Source: Rhodospirillales bacterium
Lineage (GTDB): Bacteria; Pseudomonadota; Alphaproteobacteria; BOG-932; Roseiterribacteraceae
Assembly (NCBI GenBank): GCA_003165335.1
Contig: PLTD01000217.1
Span: 6,247 to 70,246 of the forward strand
Direction: 5' to 3'
DNA: 64,000 bases
This document shows, piece by piece, positions 26,983 to 36,849 of this stretch (positions within the stretch are counted from its first letter, which is position 1; each line of letters begins with the position of its first letter). Position numbers and translations under genes: made by a program. The notes under the pieces were generated by a model. That model did not search any database and was not told the DNA's origin. It saw nothing but the letters and a program-made list of their open reading frames with translations.

Positions 26983-28683
26983 CTACCCATTCGCGCCGGT
27001 CAGGTGCCGCGCAGCGCGATAAGCGAAGGTCATCGCCGGACCCAACGTAGAGCCCGGTCCTGGATAGGTGGGCAAAATGGCCGCTGCGCAATTGCCTGTC
27101 GCATAGAGGCCCGCAATCGGCTTACCGTCGATGTTCTTCACCTGGCCGTTTGGATCGGTTTCAAGCCCACCCTGGGTGCCAAAGTCACCCAACTCCATCC
27201 GGACCGCATAAAATGGTGGCTTCTCGATCGGACCGAGACACGGATTTGGGGTGACAGTCGGATCGCCGTAATAGCGGTCGTAAGCTGAATCACCGCGACC
27301 GAACTCCGGATCCTTGCCGGTGCGGGCGCTGGTGTTCATCATCTCGACCGTTCGCGCAAGTCCGGCTGAATCGATCGACATCTGCTTTGCCAGCCCATCG
27401 ATCGTGTCTGCCTTCGCCAAAAAGCCTTTTTCATAATAGATCCTTGGCAGCGTGAAATCCGGTCGGAAGGAAGCTTTCATCAGCGGGCCAACCAGATATT
27501 TCGAACGGAAATTCGCGTCGAAAATCATATAGAGCGGCGATGACGGATGCTCGGAGGAATGAACAGCGAAGGCCTGTTTCACATAGGCCATATAATTCAT
27601 GGACTCGTTGGCCACCCTTTTGCCCTCGCGATTGACGCAGATCGTGCCGGGATAGGACTTCTCCATGATAGCCAGATGCGGGATCGATTCGCCGGGTACG
27701 CATAAAACCGGGAACCACCATCCGCCGTCGACCAGCTTAAAGGCTGCACCAATTGCCATACCCGCGGTGATCGCATCGCCGGTGTTTGTGTGGACCCCGG
27801 CGCTCCACGCCGTGTCTGTCGGCTTCGGCAGATATTTGTCGCGCATAGCCTGATTCTTCTCGAACCCGCCCGCCGCCAGCACGACGCCGCGCGTGGCCCG
27901 GATGTTCATCCGCTTGCCTTCGCGCTCAATGACCGCCCCTTCGACCTTTCCTTCATTGGCAATCAGTTCAATCAGCCGCGTCTTGCGCCAAAGGGGCATA
28001 TTGCGGTCGATCATCGAGAGCCTCAGCCGGGCGACACCGGCGCTGCCGCAAGTCAGGCGCCGTGCGATCTTGCTCTTGAAACGCCAAGGAAAATCAGTTG
28101 CATAGCCGAGCAGCATCTTCCCGATCATGCTTTTCCAGCCCTTGGCCTGGACATAAAGCAGTTGCGCCTCGACCTGTGTGATGCCCACGCGCCCCAGGAA
28201 GCGCATCATCGGATGAACCGGCATCAGGTGCTCGGCTTCATCACCGAGAAGGCTCATGTCGACCGGCGCGGGCTCGTGGGAGCGGTGCCCGACCTTTGCT
28301 CCCGGCAGATCGGAATAATAATCAGGGTAATGCGCCAGCGATTCATAACGAACCCGTGTGCGGTCGTGCAGAAAGCGCAGCATCTCGGGACCGGATTCGA
28401 CATAGGCGTCCAGCATCGCCGGGTCGACGGAGCCAGCCGGAATCGAATGGGCTAGATATTCCCGCGCTTCGGCCAACGAATCTTCAGCCCCGGCCTCGAT
28501 CGTATAATGGCTGCAAGGGACCCAGATACCGCCTCCGGAATAGGAGCTGGTGCCACCGTATTTCTCACCTTTTTCAATAACTAAGACGTTTTTTGCGCCC
28601 ATCTCGTAACAGCAAAGCGCCGCCGTCATTCCGCCGTTGCCGGAGCCGACGACCAAGACGTCGACCGTGCTATCCCAATTCAT
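26983..28683 (-). CDS. FAD-dependent oxidoreductase, KstD-like (paralogue 3)
   Basis: 566 aa with DVLVVGSGNGGMTAA...EKGEKYGGTSSYSGGGIW and GLYATGNCAAAILPTYPGPGSTLGPAMTFAYRAARH. Confidence 0.75.
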   Translation of the reverse strand: MNWDSTVDVLVVGSGNGGMTAALCCYEMGAKNVLVIEKGEKYGGTSSYSGGGIWVPCSHYTIEAGAEDSLAEAREYLAHSIPAGSVDPAMLDAYVESGPEMLRFLHDRTRVRYESLAHYPDYYSDLPGAKVGHRSHEPAPVDMSLLGDEAEHLMPVHPMMRFLGRVGITQVEAQLLYVQAKGWKSMIGKMLLGYATDFPWRFKSKIARRLTCGSAGVARLRLSMIDRNMPLWRKTRLIELIANEGKVEGAVIEREGKRMNIRATRGVVLAAGGFEKNQAMRDKYLPKPTDTAWSAGVHTNTGDAITAGMAIGAAFKLVDGGWWFPVLCVPGESIPHLAIMEKSYPGTICVNREGKRVANESMNYMAYVKQAFAVHSSEHPSSPLYMIFDANFRSKYLVGPLMKASFRPDFTLPRIYYEKGFLAKADTIDGLAKQMSIDSAGLARTVEMMNTSARTGKDPEFGRGDSAYDRYYGDPTVTPNPCLGPIEKPPFYAVRMELGDFGTQGGLETDPNGQVKNIDGKPIAGLYATGNCAAAILPTYPGPGSTLGPAMTFAYRAARHLTGANG

Positions 28684-28691
28684 GCTTTCCC

Positions 28692-28713
28692 CTGATTTTC
28701 GGCACTGATTTTC
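28692..28713 (-). repeat. tandem direct repeat GAAAATCAG-N4-GAAAATCAG just upstream of the KstD-like start codon
   Basis: The plus strand shows ctgattttc at 28692-28700 and again at 28705-28713. The repeat is preceded (in the direction of transcription) by a 6-bp hairpin, GGCAGG-N8-CCTGCC, at 28715-28734. Confidence 0.35.
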
Positions 28714-28753
28714 AGGCAGGATATCGAACCTGCCGCGCAGTTAACAGCATTCG

Positions 28754-29197
28754 TCACGCATCCGACGGCCCAAGTATATCCCGGCTGCCCAGTTCGCAGT
28801 CGACCGCCATCCCCCATTCGACCGCGCGCCACCCGGCCGCCAATCGTCGCCAGCGCGTGCGATATTCCCCCATAACCTCGTACGTAACCCCCGCATCATC
28901 GCCCCTGCCCCGGTGGAACGCTCGCACATAGCAGCGGCTGTCCGCCGACTTGCCTGCTGCGGTCACGACAAAGTTGCCCAACATATGCTGGCTGGGTCCG
29001 CAGCCGCCCAAATAGGACCGGATGCTGGCGATGATGGCCTCGCGCCCCTCCAGCACCAAACCGTTGCCATAATCGGCTATCGCATCCGGCGCGAACACAG
29101 TGTCGAACAGTGCCCAGTCCCGCGTATCGCAGGCCCGGGCATAGCGCCCCAACGCCGTCTGGATATCGCGTTCGATCAGCAGAATCTCGTTACTCAT
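28754..29197 (-). CDS. SnoaL-like / NTF2-fold protein
   Basis: 147 aa. Its size and pattern (ALGRYARACDTRDWALFDTVFAPDA...) are typical of NTF2-like SnoaL_4 proteins. Its start overlaps the upstream stop as ATGA. Confidence 0.65.
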   Translation of the reverse strand: MSNEILLIERDIQTALGRYARACDTRDWALFDTVFAPDAIADYGNGLVLEGREAIIASIRSYLGGCGPSQHMLGNFVVTAAGKSADSRCYVRAFHRGRGDDAGVTYEVMGEYRTRWRRLAAGWRAVEWGMAVDCELGSRDILGPSDA

Positions 29198-29925
29198 GAC
29201 GCCGCCGCCTCATCGAACAGAGGGAGTGATTTCAAAACCGCAGCCGCAGCGGTCCTGGCCGCCTTTGCGACGAATGTCTGAAAGTCGAGCTGGCTGTCCT
29301 CCCCTGCCAGATCCGACAATGCCCGAATGATGAGCCACGGTACCGCGAAAGCATCCGCGACCTGCGCCACAGCCCCGCTTTCCATATCGACGGCCTTGCC
29401 GCCCAGACCGGCGAACAGCCTTTCGCGCGTCAGCCCGCAGCCGAGATAATAATCGCCCGTCAGAATCGTGCCGAAATGCGCATCGGTCAAAGCCCGACGG
29501 GCAGCTTCGATCAAGCCCGCGTCGGCGATATAGGGCAGTTCGCCGCGAAATTCCGGAAAGGGCAACGCCCCGGCGCGATAGACCTCCAGCGTCCCTTGCA
29601 CCATCGCGCCATAATCATGCTGGATCACCTCGGTCGCAACCACGAGCTCGCCCACGCCCAGCGCCGGGTCCAGCCCGCCAGCGACACCGGAAAAGATGAT
29701 CCCGGCGCAACCGAATCTGTCGAGAAGGATCGCCGCGGCCAGCGCTGCATTCACCTTTCCGATCCCGGACTCGGCAAGCACGATCGGGTGCCGGTCCAGC
29801 CGGCCGTGGTGGATGCGGATGCCCGCGACCGTCTCCTGCCCGCTTTCGATCAGATGGTCGCCGAAAGCGGCGATCTCTTCCGGAATGGCGGTCAGAACGG
29901 CGATGGGTCTGGAAGGCATGTGCAA
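29194..29925 (-). CDS. MTA/SAH nucleosidase-like phosphorylase family protein (PNP_UDP_1)
   Basis: 243 aa, collinear with E. coli Pfs/MtnN as I recall it: ESGIGKVNAALAA, FSGVAGGLDP, VDMESGAVAQVA (compare VEMEATAIAHVC) and IRALSDLAGEDSQLDFQTFVAKAA (compare [24 protein letters not shown]). Confidence 0.7.
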   Translation of the reverse strand: MHMPSRPIAVLTAIPEEIAAFGDHLIESGQETVAGIRIHHGRLDRHPIVLAESGIGKVNAALAAAILLDRFGCAGIIFSGVAGGLDPALGVGELVVATEVIQHDYGAMVQGTLEVYRAGALPFPEFRGELPYIADAGLIEAARRALTDAHFGTILTGDYYLGCGLTRERLFAGLGGKAVDMESGAVAQVADAFAVPWLIIRALSDLAGEDSQLDFQTFVAKAARTAAAAVLKSLPLFDEAAAS

Positions 29926-29984
29926 TGATCCGGATCTGGCTCGGGCGGGCTACTGTCCAGGGACGCACCCATTCCTTCAAGCCC

Positions 29985-30521
29985 CTATCGCGCCGCAGTG
30001 GGCGTCCAATACTCGATTTTGCGCAACATAAAGACTGCGTCCGCGTCATAGCTGCGCAATTTCGCTGCCAGCCGAGGATCCGAGACCGCCTGGAACCCAA
30101 GCCGCTCCCAGATTGCAGCCGATCGGTTGACCGCGACCAGACTGAGGTTCGGCAGCTCCATACGCCGCGCCTGATCCGACAGATAGTCGATCACCGGCCG
30201 CGCCGCTCCGGCCCCGCGGGCCTCGGGCAGCAAGGCGATGTCGTGAATATAATATGTCGTCGGCAAAGCCGGCAGCGCGCCCAGCAAACTGTTGAGCTTT
30301 GGCGGCTCGCCATAGATCCAGGGGTGGCTGACGATATAGCCGGCCGCGGCGCCCGCCGAGCCTTCCAGTACAAGACACCCTGCGGGATGAAGCGCCAGCC
30401 GTTCCTCAAAGATGTCCGGGTCTTCGGGATAGAGCGGATGGACCGCCTCTGGGATTGCGAGCATGGCCGGCAGATCGGCCGCGGTCATCGGCCGCCAGCG
30501 AAAAGGGTTTGGCTGGGTCAT
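29985..30521 (-). CDS. GNAT family N-acetyltransferase
   Basis: About 178 aa from MTQPNP. The acetyl-CoA motif region reads IHDIALLPEARGAGAARPVIDYL...AIWERLGF. Confidence 0.65.
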   Translation of the reverse strand: MTQPNPFRWRPMTAADLPAMLAIPEAVHPLYPEDPDIFEERLALHPAGCLVLEGSAGAAAGYIVSHPWIYGEPPKLNSLLGALPALPTTYYIHDIALLPEARGAGAARPVIDYLSDQARRMELPNLSLVAVNRSAAIWERLGFQAVSDPRLAAKLRSYDADAVFMLRKIEYWTPTAAR

Positions 30522-30594
30522 GGGGCAGGCTGATAGCACAAAGTTAATGTGGAGCCCCAGTGACGAACCCGATTTGTTCTCCCATATTGGCGGG

Positions 30595-33063
30595 ATGACT
30601 TCACTGCCGCGTCATACCTTCACCAACCGGCCAGCCGAACTTTTGCCGCCCAACATAGCCGCATGGTTCGCCCATCGCGGCTGGACCCCCCATGCCCATC
30701 AGCTGGCGATGGTCGAGGCGGCCATTCACGGCAGAAACGCTCTGCTCGTCGCCCCGACCGGCGCCGGCAAAACTCTCGCCGGCTTTCTGCCCACCCTGGC
30801 GGATTTGGCCGAGCGCCCCCGCCCCGGCCTGCACACGCTCTATATCTCGCCGCTGAAAGCCCTGGCCGTCGATATTCAGCGCAACCTGGAAACGCCGATT
30901 GCCGAATTGCGGCTACCCATTCGGGCGGAGACCCGCACCGGCGACACGCCACAGGCGAAGCGTGAACGGCAGCGCAAAGCCCCGCCGCATATTCTGATGA
31001 CGACCCCCGAAAGCCTGGCGCTGATGCTGTCCTATAGCGACGCGGGCGCCATCTTTGCTGGGCTGAAAACGATCATCATCGACGAGTTGCATGCCGTGAC
31101 CGGAACCAAGCGCGGCGATCTTCTATCGCTCGGCATCGCGCGACTGCGACGGCTGGCGCCGCGCGCCCGGGCGGTGGGCTTGTCCGCAACCGTGGCCGAC
31201 CCGCCGCGTCTGGCCGCTTATCTGTCGCCCACCGGCCTGGCTGGCGCGCAGGACGTCACCATCATCCGCGGCCGCGACGGTGCGGCGCCGGTGGTGGAGA
31301 CTTTGGCGACGCGCGAACGAATGCCCTGGGCCGGCCATATGGCCGTCCATGCGATGGCCGAGGTTTACGAGCGTATCCGCACCGTCAAGACCGCCATCGT
31401 CTTCGTGAATACCCGCGCCCAGGCGGAGCTGTGCTTTCAGGCCCTCTGGCGCTTCAACACCGACAATCTGCCCATCGCCATCCATCACGGCTCGCTCGAG
31501 ATCGACCAGCGCCGCAAGGTCGAGGCGGCTATGGCGCGGGGCGAACTTCGCGCCGTTGTCGCCACCTCCTCGCTCGATCTCGGCATCGATTGGGCCTCGG
31601 TCGATCTTGTCGTGCAGGTGGGCGCGCCGAAGGGCGCCTCGCGGCTCATTCAGCGTATCGGCCGCGCCAACCATCGGCTGGATGAGCCCAGTCACGCCCT
31701 GCTCGTTCCCGGCAACCGGTTCGAATATCTGGAATGCCGCGCCGCCGCCGATGCCGTGGCGGCCAAGAGCTTCGACGGCGACCCGGTCGTAGCCGGCGGG
31801 CTCGACGTGCTGGCGCAGCATATATTGGGCATGGCCTGCTCCGCCCCCTTCACCGCCGACGGATTATTCGCCGAGGTGACCGGCGCCGCCCCCTATTCCA
31901 CTCTGGCCCGGCGCGACTTCGACGATGCGCTCCGCTTCGTCGCCACCGGCGGCTATGCCCTGGGCAATTACGAACGCTTTCGCCGCCTGAAGCTGGATCC
32001 TGACACCGGTGAATACAGCTTGGCCAACCGCGACGCACAGCGGCAATACCGCATGAATATCGGCACGATCGTCGAGCAGACGATGCTGAAGGTGCGCCTC
32101 GGGCGCGGAAAGATTTTGGGCGAGGTTGAGGAATATTTCGCCAACGGTCTGGTGCCGGGCGACACCTTCGTCTTCGCCGGCCGGCTGCTGAAATTCGTCG
32201 GCCTGCACGACACCGAAGTGATGGCGGGCGACGGCGGAACCGGCGACCCGAAGGTCCCCGCCTATGCCGGCGGGCGTATGCCGCTGACCACCCATCTAGC
32301 TGACCGCGTGCGCGCCATGCTTGCCGACCCCGCCGCCTGGATCGACATGCCGTCGGACGTCAGGGAGTGGCTTGAGTTGCAACGCTGGGCTTCGGAGATG
32401 CCCGACCCGCACGGGCTGTTGGTCGAGAGTTTTCCGCGCGGCAACCGCGAATATATGGTGGCCTATTGCTTCGAGGGACGAAACGCGCACCAGACGCTTG
32501 GCATGCTGCTGACCCGCCGAATGGAGCGGATGGGGCTAAAGCCTCTGGGCTTCGTCGCTACCGACTATGTGCTTGGCATTTGGTCATTGACGCCCATCAC
32601 GGCCCGCGACCTCGCCGAACTCTTCGACGAGGACCTTCTGGGCGACGACCTGGAGGCCTGGATGGAGGATTCCAGCCTTCTGAAACGCACCTTCCGCAAC
32701 GTCGCCATCATCGCCGGCCTGATCGAACGCAACCACCCCGGCGAAAAACGCAAATCGGGCCGCCAAGTGACCTTCAGCTCAGACCTGATCTACGAGGTCC
32801 TGAAGCGCCACGAGCCGGATCACATACTGCTCCGGGCCACCCGCGCCGACGCCGCCCGAGGCCTGACCGACGTACGCCGCGTCGCCGATCTGCTGAAACG
32901 CGCCAAAGGCCGCATCACCCTAAAACGCCTGGACCGGGTCTCCCCGCTGGCCGTGCCGGTGCTGCTGGAAATCGGCCGAGAGAGCGTGTGGGGCGAGGCG
33001 CGGGAAGCCCTGCTGGCCGAGGCGGAGGAGCAGTTGGTCAGGGAGGCGACGGGGACACGGTAG
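30595..33063 (+). CDS. ligase-associated DNA damage response DEXH-box helicase (Lhr-core type)
   Basis: 822 aa from MTSLPR with motif I APTGAGKT, motif II IIDELH, SAT, and helicase C motifs VATSSLDLGIDW and QRIGRANH. The long C-terminal extension is typical of the ligase-associated Lhr-like family. Confidence 0.8.
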   Translation: MTSLPRHTFTNRPAELLPPNIAAWFAHRGWTPHAHQLAMVEAAIHGRNALLVAPTGAGKTLAGFLPTLADLAERPRPGLHTLYISPLKALAVDIQRNLETPIAELRLPIRAETRTGDTPQAKRERQRKAPPHILMTTPESLALMLSYSDAGAIFAGLKTIIIDELHAVTGTKRGDLLSLGIARLRRLAPRARAVGLSATVADPPRLAAYLSPTGLAGAQDVTIIRGRDGAAPVVETLATRERMPWAGHMAVHAMAEVYERIRTVKTAIVFVNTRAQAELCFQALWRFNTDNLPIAIHHGSLEIDQRRKVEAAMARGELRAVVATSSLDLGIDWASVDLVVQVGAPKGASRLIQRIGRANHRLDEPSHALLVPGNRFEYLECRAAADAVAAKSFDGDPVVAGGLDVLAQHILGMACSAPFTADGLFAEVTGAAPYSTLARRDFDDALRFVATGGYALGNYERFRRLKLDPDTGEYSLANRDAQRQYRMNIGTIVEQTMLKVRLGRGKILGEVEEYFANGLVPGDTFVFAGRLLKFVGLHDTEVMAGDGGTGDPKVPAYAGGRMPLTTHLADRVRAMLADPAAWIDMPSDVREWLELQRWASEMPDPHGLLVESFPRGNREYMVAYCFEGRNAHQTLGMLLTRRMERMGLKPLGFVATDYVLGIWSLTPITARDLAELFDEDLLGDDLEAWMEDSSLLKRTFRNVAIIAGLIERNHPGEKRKSGRQVTFSSDLIYEVLKRHEPDHILLRATRADAARGLTDVRRVADLLKRAKGRITLKRLDRVSPLAVPVLLEIGRESVWGEAREALLAEAEEQLVREATGTR

Positions 33064-33197
33064 CCGCCAGCAAAAGCTTTTCCTGTTCCACCAGCAGTTT
33101 GGGGCACTAACCAAAACCCCAATCGCTTGGCGATGGCGCGCGGTCCTGCGGAGACATAGACTGCAGCGGCCATTCAAAAAACTACTAGGGAGGACAA

Positions 33198-34463
33198 ATG
33201 CCGGAGTCGTATGATCGCAGGGCGAAGTGGCAGCCTGCTCCACGACCGGATTGGCTGGCCACTTTCAATGCGCTGGGTCGGCATTTGGATATCGGGGCCA
33301 TCGTCCCTCTCGACGAGGCCTCGCTGCTTGGCGCAGCGAAGCGGAACACCGGTCTCGATGACTTCGGTGACGACAATTGGCTGCCCCATTTTAGAATGCT
33401 GGTCGGCCTGATCGAAAGCGAGGCCCGGCTCAATTTTTTCGGGCGCATCCTCACCCGCTCCGATTTCCTGATCTATCTCTCGGCCCGCCTCCGCATAGTC
33501 GATGCATTCAAAACCCACCCTGGGATCGCCGATGAGGTCATAACGGAGCCGGTGTTCGTTCTTGGGCTCGGCCGCTCCGGCACCACGATCCTTCAGGATG
33601 TTCTGTCGCGCGATCCTCAATTCCGGTCGGTGCGAAAATGGGAATCGCTGTTTCCCTGGCCGCCGCCCGAGCTGGAAACTTATGACACCGATCCGCGGAT
33701 CGCAAAGGCACAGCAGATTGCGGGGGTGCATTGGGCGGCGACGCCCGAAGTCCGCGCAATGCATGATGCGGACGGCGACCAGCCGGTTGAGGATACTGAG
33801 TTCACCTATCCTGCATTTATGTCCGAAGTCTGGACCTGGATTTACAAGATCCCGTCTTGGGACGCGTATTTCGCTGAGCAGGATCTGGACCATCATTTCG
33901 CGTGGCATAAGAAGACTCTAAAGTTTCTACAGTGGCGCCACCGCAAGCCGCATTGGCTGCTGAAAAACCCGACCCATATGCCGCGCATTCCCCAATTGTT
34001 ACGGCACTACCCCGACGCGAAATTCATTTTCACGCACCGCGACCCGATCCCCTCTGCGGATTCACTGACCAGCCTGATGGGCACGATTTTCTGGCTTCGC
34101 ACAGATCAACCCTATGGCAGCGGCGCCGGCGACGATTTCGCCGTCGCCGACCATCGTGCGCAACTGTGGGACAAGGTCATCGACTGGATCGAGAGCGGTG
34201 TCATTGCCAAGGGCGCCTGCGCACATATCCACTACCCCGAATTCATGGCGGCGCCCATGGAAGCCATCAAACGCGCCTATCGCGATATCGGATTGCCGGT
34301 CACGGAAAAGGCCATCGCATCGATGAGTGCCTATCTGGCCGATAAGCCCCAAGGCGGGCGCGGGAAACATAACTATCAGCGCGCAAGCGATGCCGTGATT
34401 GCCGATGAACGCCGCAAATACAAACGCTATCAGGAATACTTCAACGTCCGGAACGAGATTTGA
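33198..34463 (+). CDS. sulfotransferase family protein
   Basis: 421 aa with a PAPS 5-prime-phosphosulfate binding loop (VLGLGRSGTT), LKNPTH and THRDP. The pattern is that of bacterial Sulfotransfer_3-type enzymes. Confidence 0.7.
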   Translation: MPESYDRRAKWQPAPRPDWLATFNALGRHLDIGAIVPLDEASLLGAAKRNTGLDDFGDDNWLPHFRMLVGLIESEARLNFFGRILTRSDFLIYLSARLRIVDAFKTHPGIADEVITEPVFVLGLGRSGTTILQDVLSRDPQFRSVRKWESLFPWPPPELETYDTDPRIAKAQQIAGVHWAATPEVRAMHDADGDQPVEDTEFTYPAFMSEVWTWIYKIPSWDAYFAEQDLDHHFAWHKKTLKFLQWRHRKPHWLLKNPTHMPRIPQLLRHYPDAKFIFTHRDPIPSADSLTSLMGTIFWLRTDQPYGSGAGDDFAVADHRAQLWDKVIDWIESGVIAKGACAHIHYPEFMAAPMEAIKRAYRDIGLPVTEKAIASMSAYLADKPQGGRGKHNYQRASDAVIADERRKYKRYQEYFNVRNEI

Positions 34464-34480
34464 CCGACAGGGGCAGGGTA

Positions 34481-35845
34481 ATGCCGATTGAAAGAAGGAA
34501 CCATCCGCAGGAGGTTTTGACAGTTGATTTCCTAGTCCTGGGCGGCGGCATGGCCGGAATGACCGCGGGCGGGCGCGCTGCCGCCGCGGGGTTGCGGGTG
34601 CTGGTGGTCGAGAAAGGACCTGAGATCGGCGGGTCGGCGCTACTGTCGGGCGGCAAGCTGTGGACCGCGAAATCGGCTGAGCTGTTCGCACAGGAAACGC
34701 CCGGCGGCGACCCGGCGCTTCAGCGCGCGATGCTTGATATGTTCGACACTTCGGTCGATTGGCTGCGCTCCACCGGCATCGATGTCGCCGACGTCAGCTA
34801 TCATCTGCATTACGGCAAGGGTTACGATTTCGATCTGATCGCCTATTTCGAGCATTGCCGCATGCTGGTGGAAAAGGCCGGCGGCTGGATCGTCCGCGAT
34901 GCGGTCGCCGACCGATTGATCGTCGAGGATGGGCGGGTGACCGGCGCGGTCATCTCGGACCGTGACGGCGACACCATCGTGCACAGCGACTGGACCTTGC
35001 TCGCCACCGGCGGCTTTTCCGCCAACCCGCAACTGCTGGAATGTTTCGTCAACCGGAACGCCGCAAAGGCGCTGGCCCGGTCGAACCCGTATAGCACGGG
35101 CGACGGATTGCGCCTGGGTGTCGAGGCCGGGGGCAGCATCTCGCCCTTGATGAAAGGTTTCTATGGCCATGTCATCCAGTCGCCGGTCCATAAATGGGGC
35201 CCACGCGAATTTCGCGCCTATACTCAGGGCGGTAGTATCCGCAGCATCCTGATCAACCGGTCGGGCCTGCGCTTCTGCGACGAGTCGCTCGGCGACCATC
35301 AGAACGCCCAGCGCATTCTGGAGCAGCCCGGCGCCACTATACTCATCGTCTTCGACGAGGGCGTCCGCCGGGCAGAGGCGCAGACCATCCTGGCCAACAC
35401 CAGCACCCCGATCGACAAGGTTCAGATAGCCATCGACGAAGGCGCACATGTCGCCGCCGCCGATAATTGGGCTGAATTATTCGAAAAGACGCGGGCATGG
35501 GGTTTCGACGCGGAAACGGCCATTGAGACCGTCGCCGACTATAATCGGCAGGCCATGGCCACCGAACCGCCGACCCCGCCGCGCATTCGATCGCTGCAGC
35601 CGTATCTGGAGCCACCGTTTTACGCGATCGAAGGCCAGGCCGGCGTCACCGCAACCCACGGCGGGCTGCGGGTCGATACCGTGGCGCGAGTGCTGAACGC
35701 ATTCGGTGAGCCGATCCCGGGCCTATTGGCGGCCGGGGCGGATGCCGGGAACGTGCATGGCGAAGGCTATGCCGGCGGCCTCTGCTTCGCCGCCACATTC
35801 GCCCTGCTGGCCGCCCGCCACGTCATTGGCGAACGTCCCGGCTGA
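34481..35845 (+). CDS. FAD-dependent oxidoreductase (fumarate reductase/KstD-like flavoprotein, short form)
   Basis: 454 aa from MPIERR with DFLVLGGGMAGMTAG...EKGPEIGGSALLSGGKLW and GLLAAGADAGNVHGEGYAGGLCFAATFALLAARH. I rejected the TTG at 34460, which overlaps the sulfotransferase stop. Confidence 0.75.
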   Translation: MPIERRNHPQEVLTVDFLVLGGGMAGMTAGGRAAAAGLRVLVVEKGPEIGGSALLSGGKLWTAKSAELFAQETPGGDPALQRAMLDMFDTSVDWLRSTGIDVADVSYHLHYGKGYDFDLIAYFEHCRMLVEKAGGWIVRDAVADRLIVEDGRVTGAVISDRDGDTIVHSDWTLLATGGFSANPQLLECFVNRNAAKALARSNPYSTGDGLRLGVEAGGSISPLMKGFYGHVIQSPVHKWGPREFRAYTQGGSIRSILINRSGLRFCDESLGDHQNAQRILEQPGATILIVFDEGVRRAEAQTILANTSTPIDKVQIAIDEGAHVAAADNWAELFEKTRAWGFDAETAIETVADYNRQAMATEPPTPPRIRSLQPYLEPPFYAIEGQAGVTATHGGLRVDTVARVLNAFGEPIPGLLAAGADAGNVHGEGYAGGLCFAATFALLAARHVIGERPG

Positions 35846-35859
35846 CTATTCTTCTGCCG

Positions 35860-36765
35860 TCAGCCCTGCCGGAACTGCGGGACGATTTCCTCGCGGATGC
35901 AACGCAGAACATCGCCGCGGCGATATCCCAGCAAGGCCGTATCGGCAGGGTTTGCCTCGAAAAACAAATTGTTGCCGCGCCCCCAGGGAATGGCTGCATC
36001 GGGTAGCATCGGGTGCTCCTGGTCGATCACCACGGGCGCAGGCTTTCCGACCGCCTCGAAGAATGCGCCGAAATATTGCCCGAAGGTCAGATTCTCATCG
36101 GCGATCAGATAGGCCTTGCCGTTTTCCTCACGCGTCAGCGCATTTTCCACCGCGTCCGAGATCGAGTTGGTGGTGATGAAGTTGACGCCGCCCGCCGGCG
36201 CGAACACCGGCATCGGATCGAACTTTCCCTCGGCATACTGAACATAGGCGGCAAACATCGTCTGCAACCCCGGAACCGCACCCAGGACGAATGGTGCATC
36301 GAGGCTGATAACCCTGAAGCTGTCGCTGGCCAGAGCGCAAATCCCGTCTGAGGCATCCTTCCGCGACTGCATATAAGGATTATCCTTCATCAGCTCCGGC
36401 GTCACATGCGGGTAATAACTACCGATATTGATGGCTGTGCGAATTCCGGCATCGCGCGCGGCAGCAAAAAAACGCGGCTGGGCGACGGCGTTGGCATAGG
36501 TCACATGTTCGTAATAATCGGCGCCCGCCGGCACATGGCGGATATCGTTGCCGGCAGCGAAAATCATCGTATCGAATTCGGCCAACCGGGCCTTGGGCAC
36601 TTCGTCGATGATATAGTCCAGGCGCAAAAACTTCAGACTGCCGAGAGGCGTACCGGCGGCCGGCGGATTGCGCCCCGCAATGGTTACATCGTGCCCCTTG
36701 CTTGCCAGCCTAAGCGCGATATGTCCGCCGATCATTCCGGCGCCGCCGACTACCAATGTCTTCAT
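35860..36765 (-). CDS. NAD-dependent epimerase/dehydratase family protein (extended/atypical SDR)
   Basis: 301 aa with the N-terminal Rossmann motif MKTLVVGGAGMIGGHIALRL. Confidence 0.7.
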   Translation of the reverse strand: MKTLVVGGAGMIGGHIALRLASKGHDVTIAGRNPPAAGTPLGSLKFLRLDYIIDEVPKARLAEFDTMIFAAGNDIRHVPAGADYYEHVTYANAVAQPRFFAAARDAGIRTAINIGSYYPHVTPELMKDNPYMQSRKDASDGICALASDSFRVISLDAPFVLGAVPGLQTMFAAYVQYAEGKFDPMPVFAPAGGVNFITTNSISDAVENALTREENGKAYLIADENLTFGQYFGAFFEAVGKPAPVVIDQEHPMLPDAAIPWGRGNNLFFEANPADTALLGYRRGDVLRCIREEIVPQFRQG

Positions 36766-36849
36766 AGACTCGTCCCTCTCATGTGGAGGGCGAACCTATG
36801 AAGCCCGATCGCCTTTGGCAATCACCCTTGGCGCCGGATCGAAATCACC

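Noticed and set aside
34460-34480. A TTG start for the flavoprotein that overlaps the sulfotransferase stop, which would suggest translational coupling.
   Set aside because: The ATG at 34481 is closer to the Rossmann motif and is a canonical start. The overlap is therefore not claimed.
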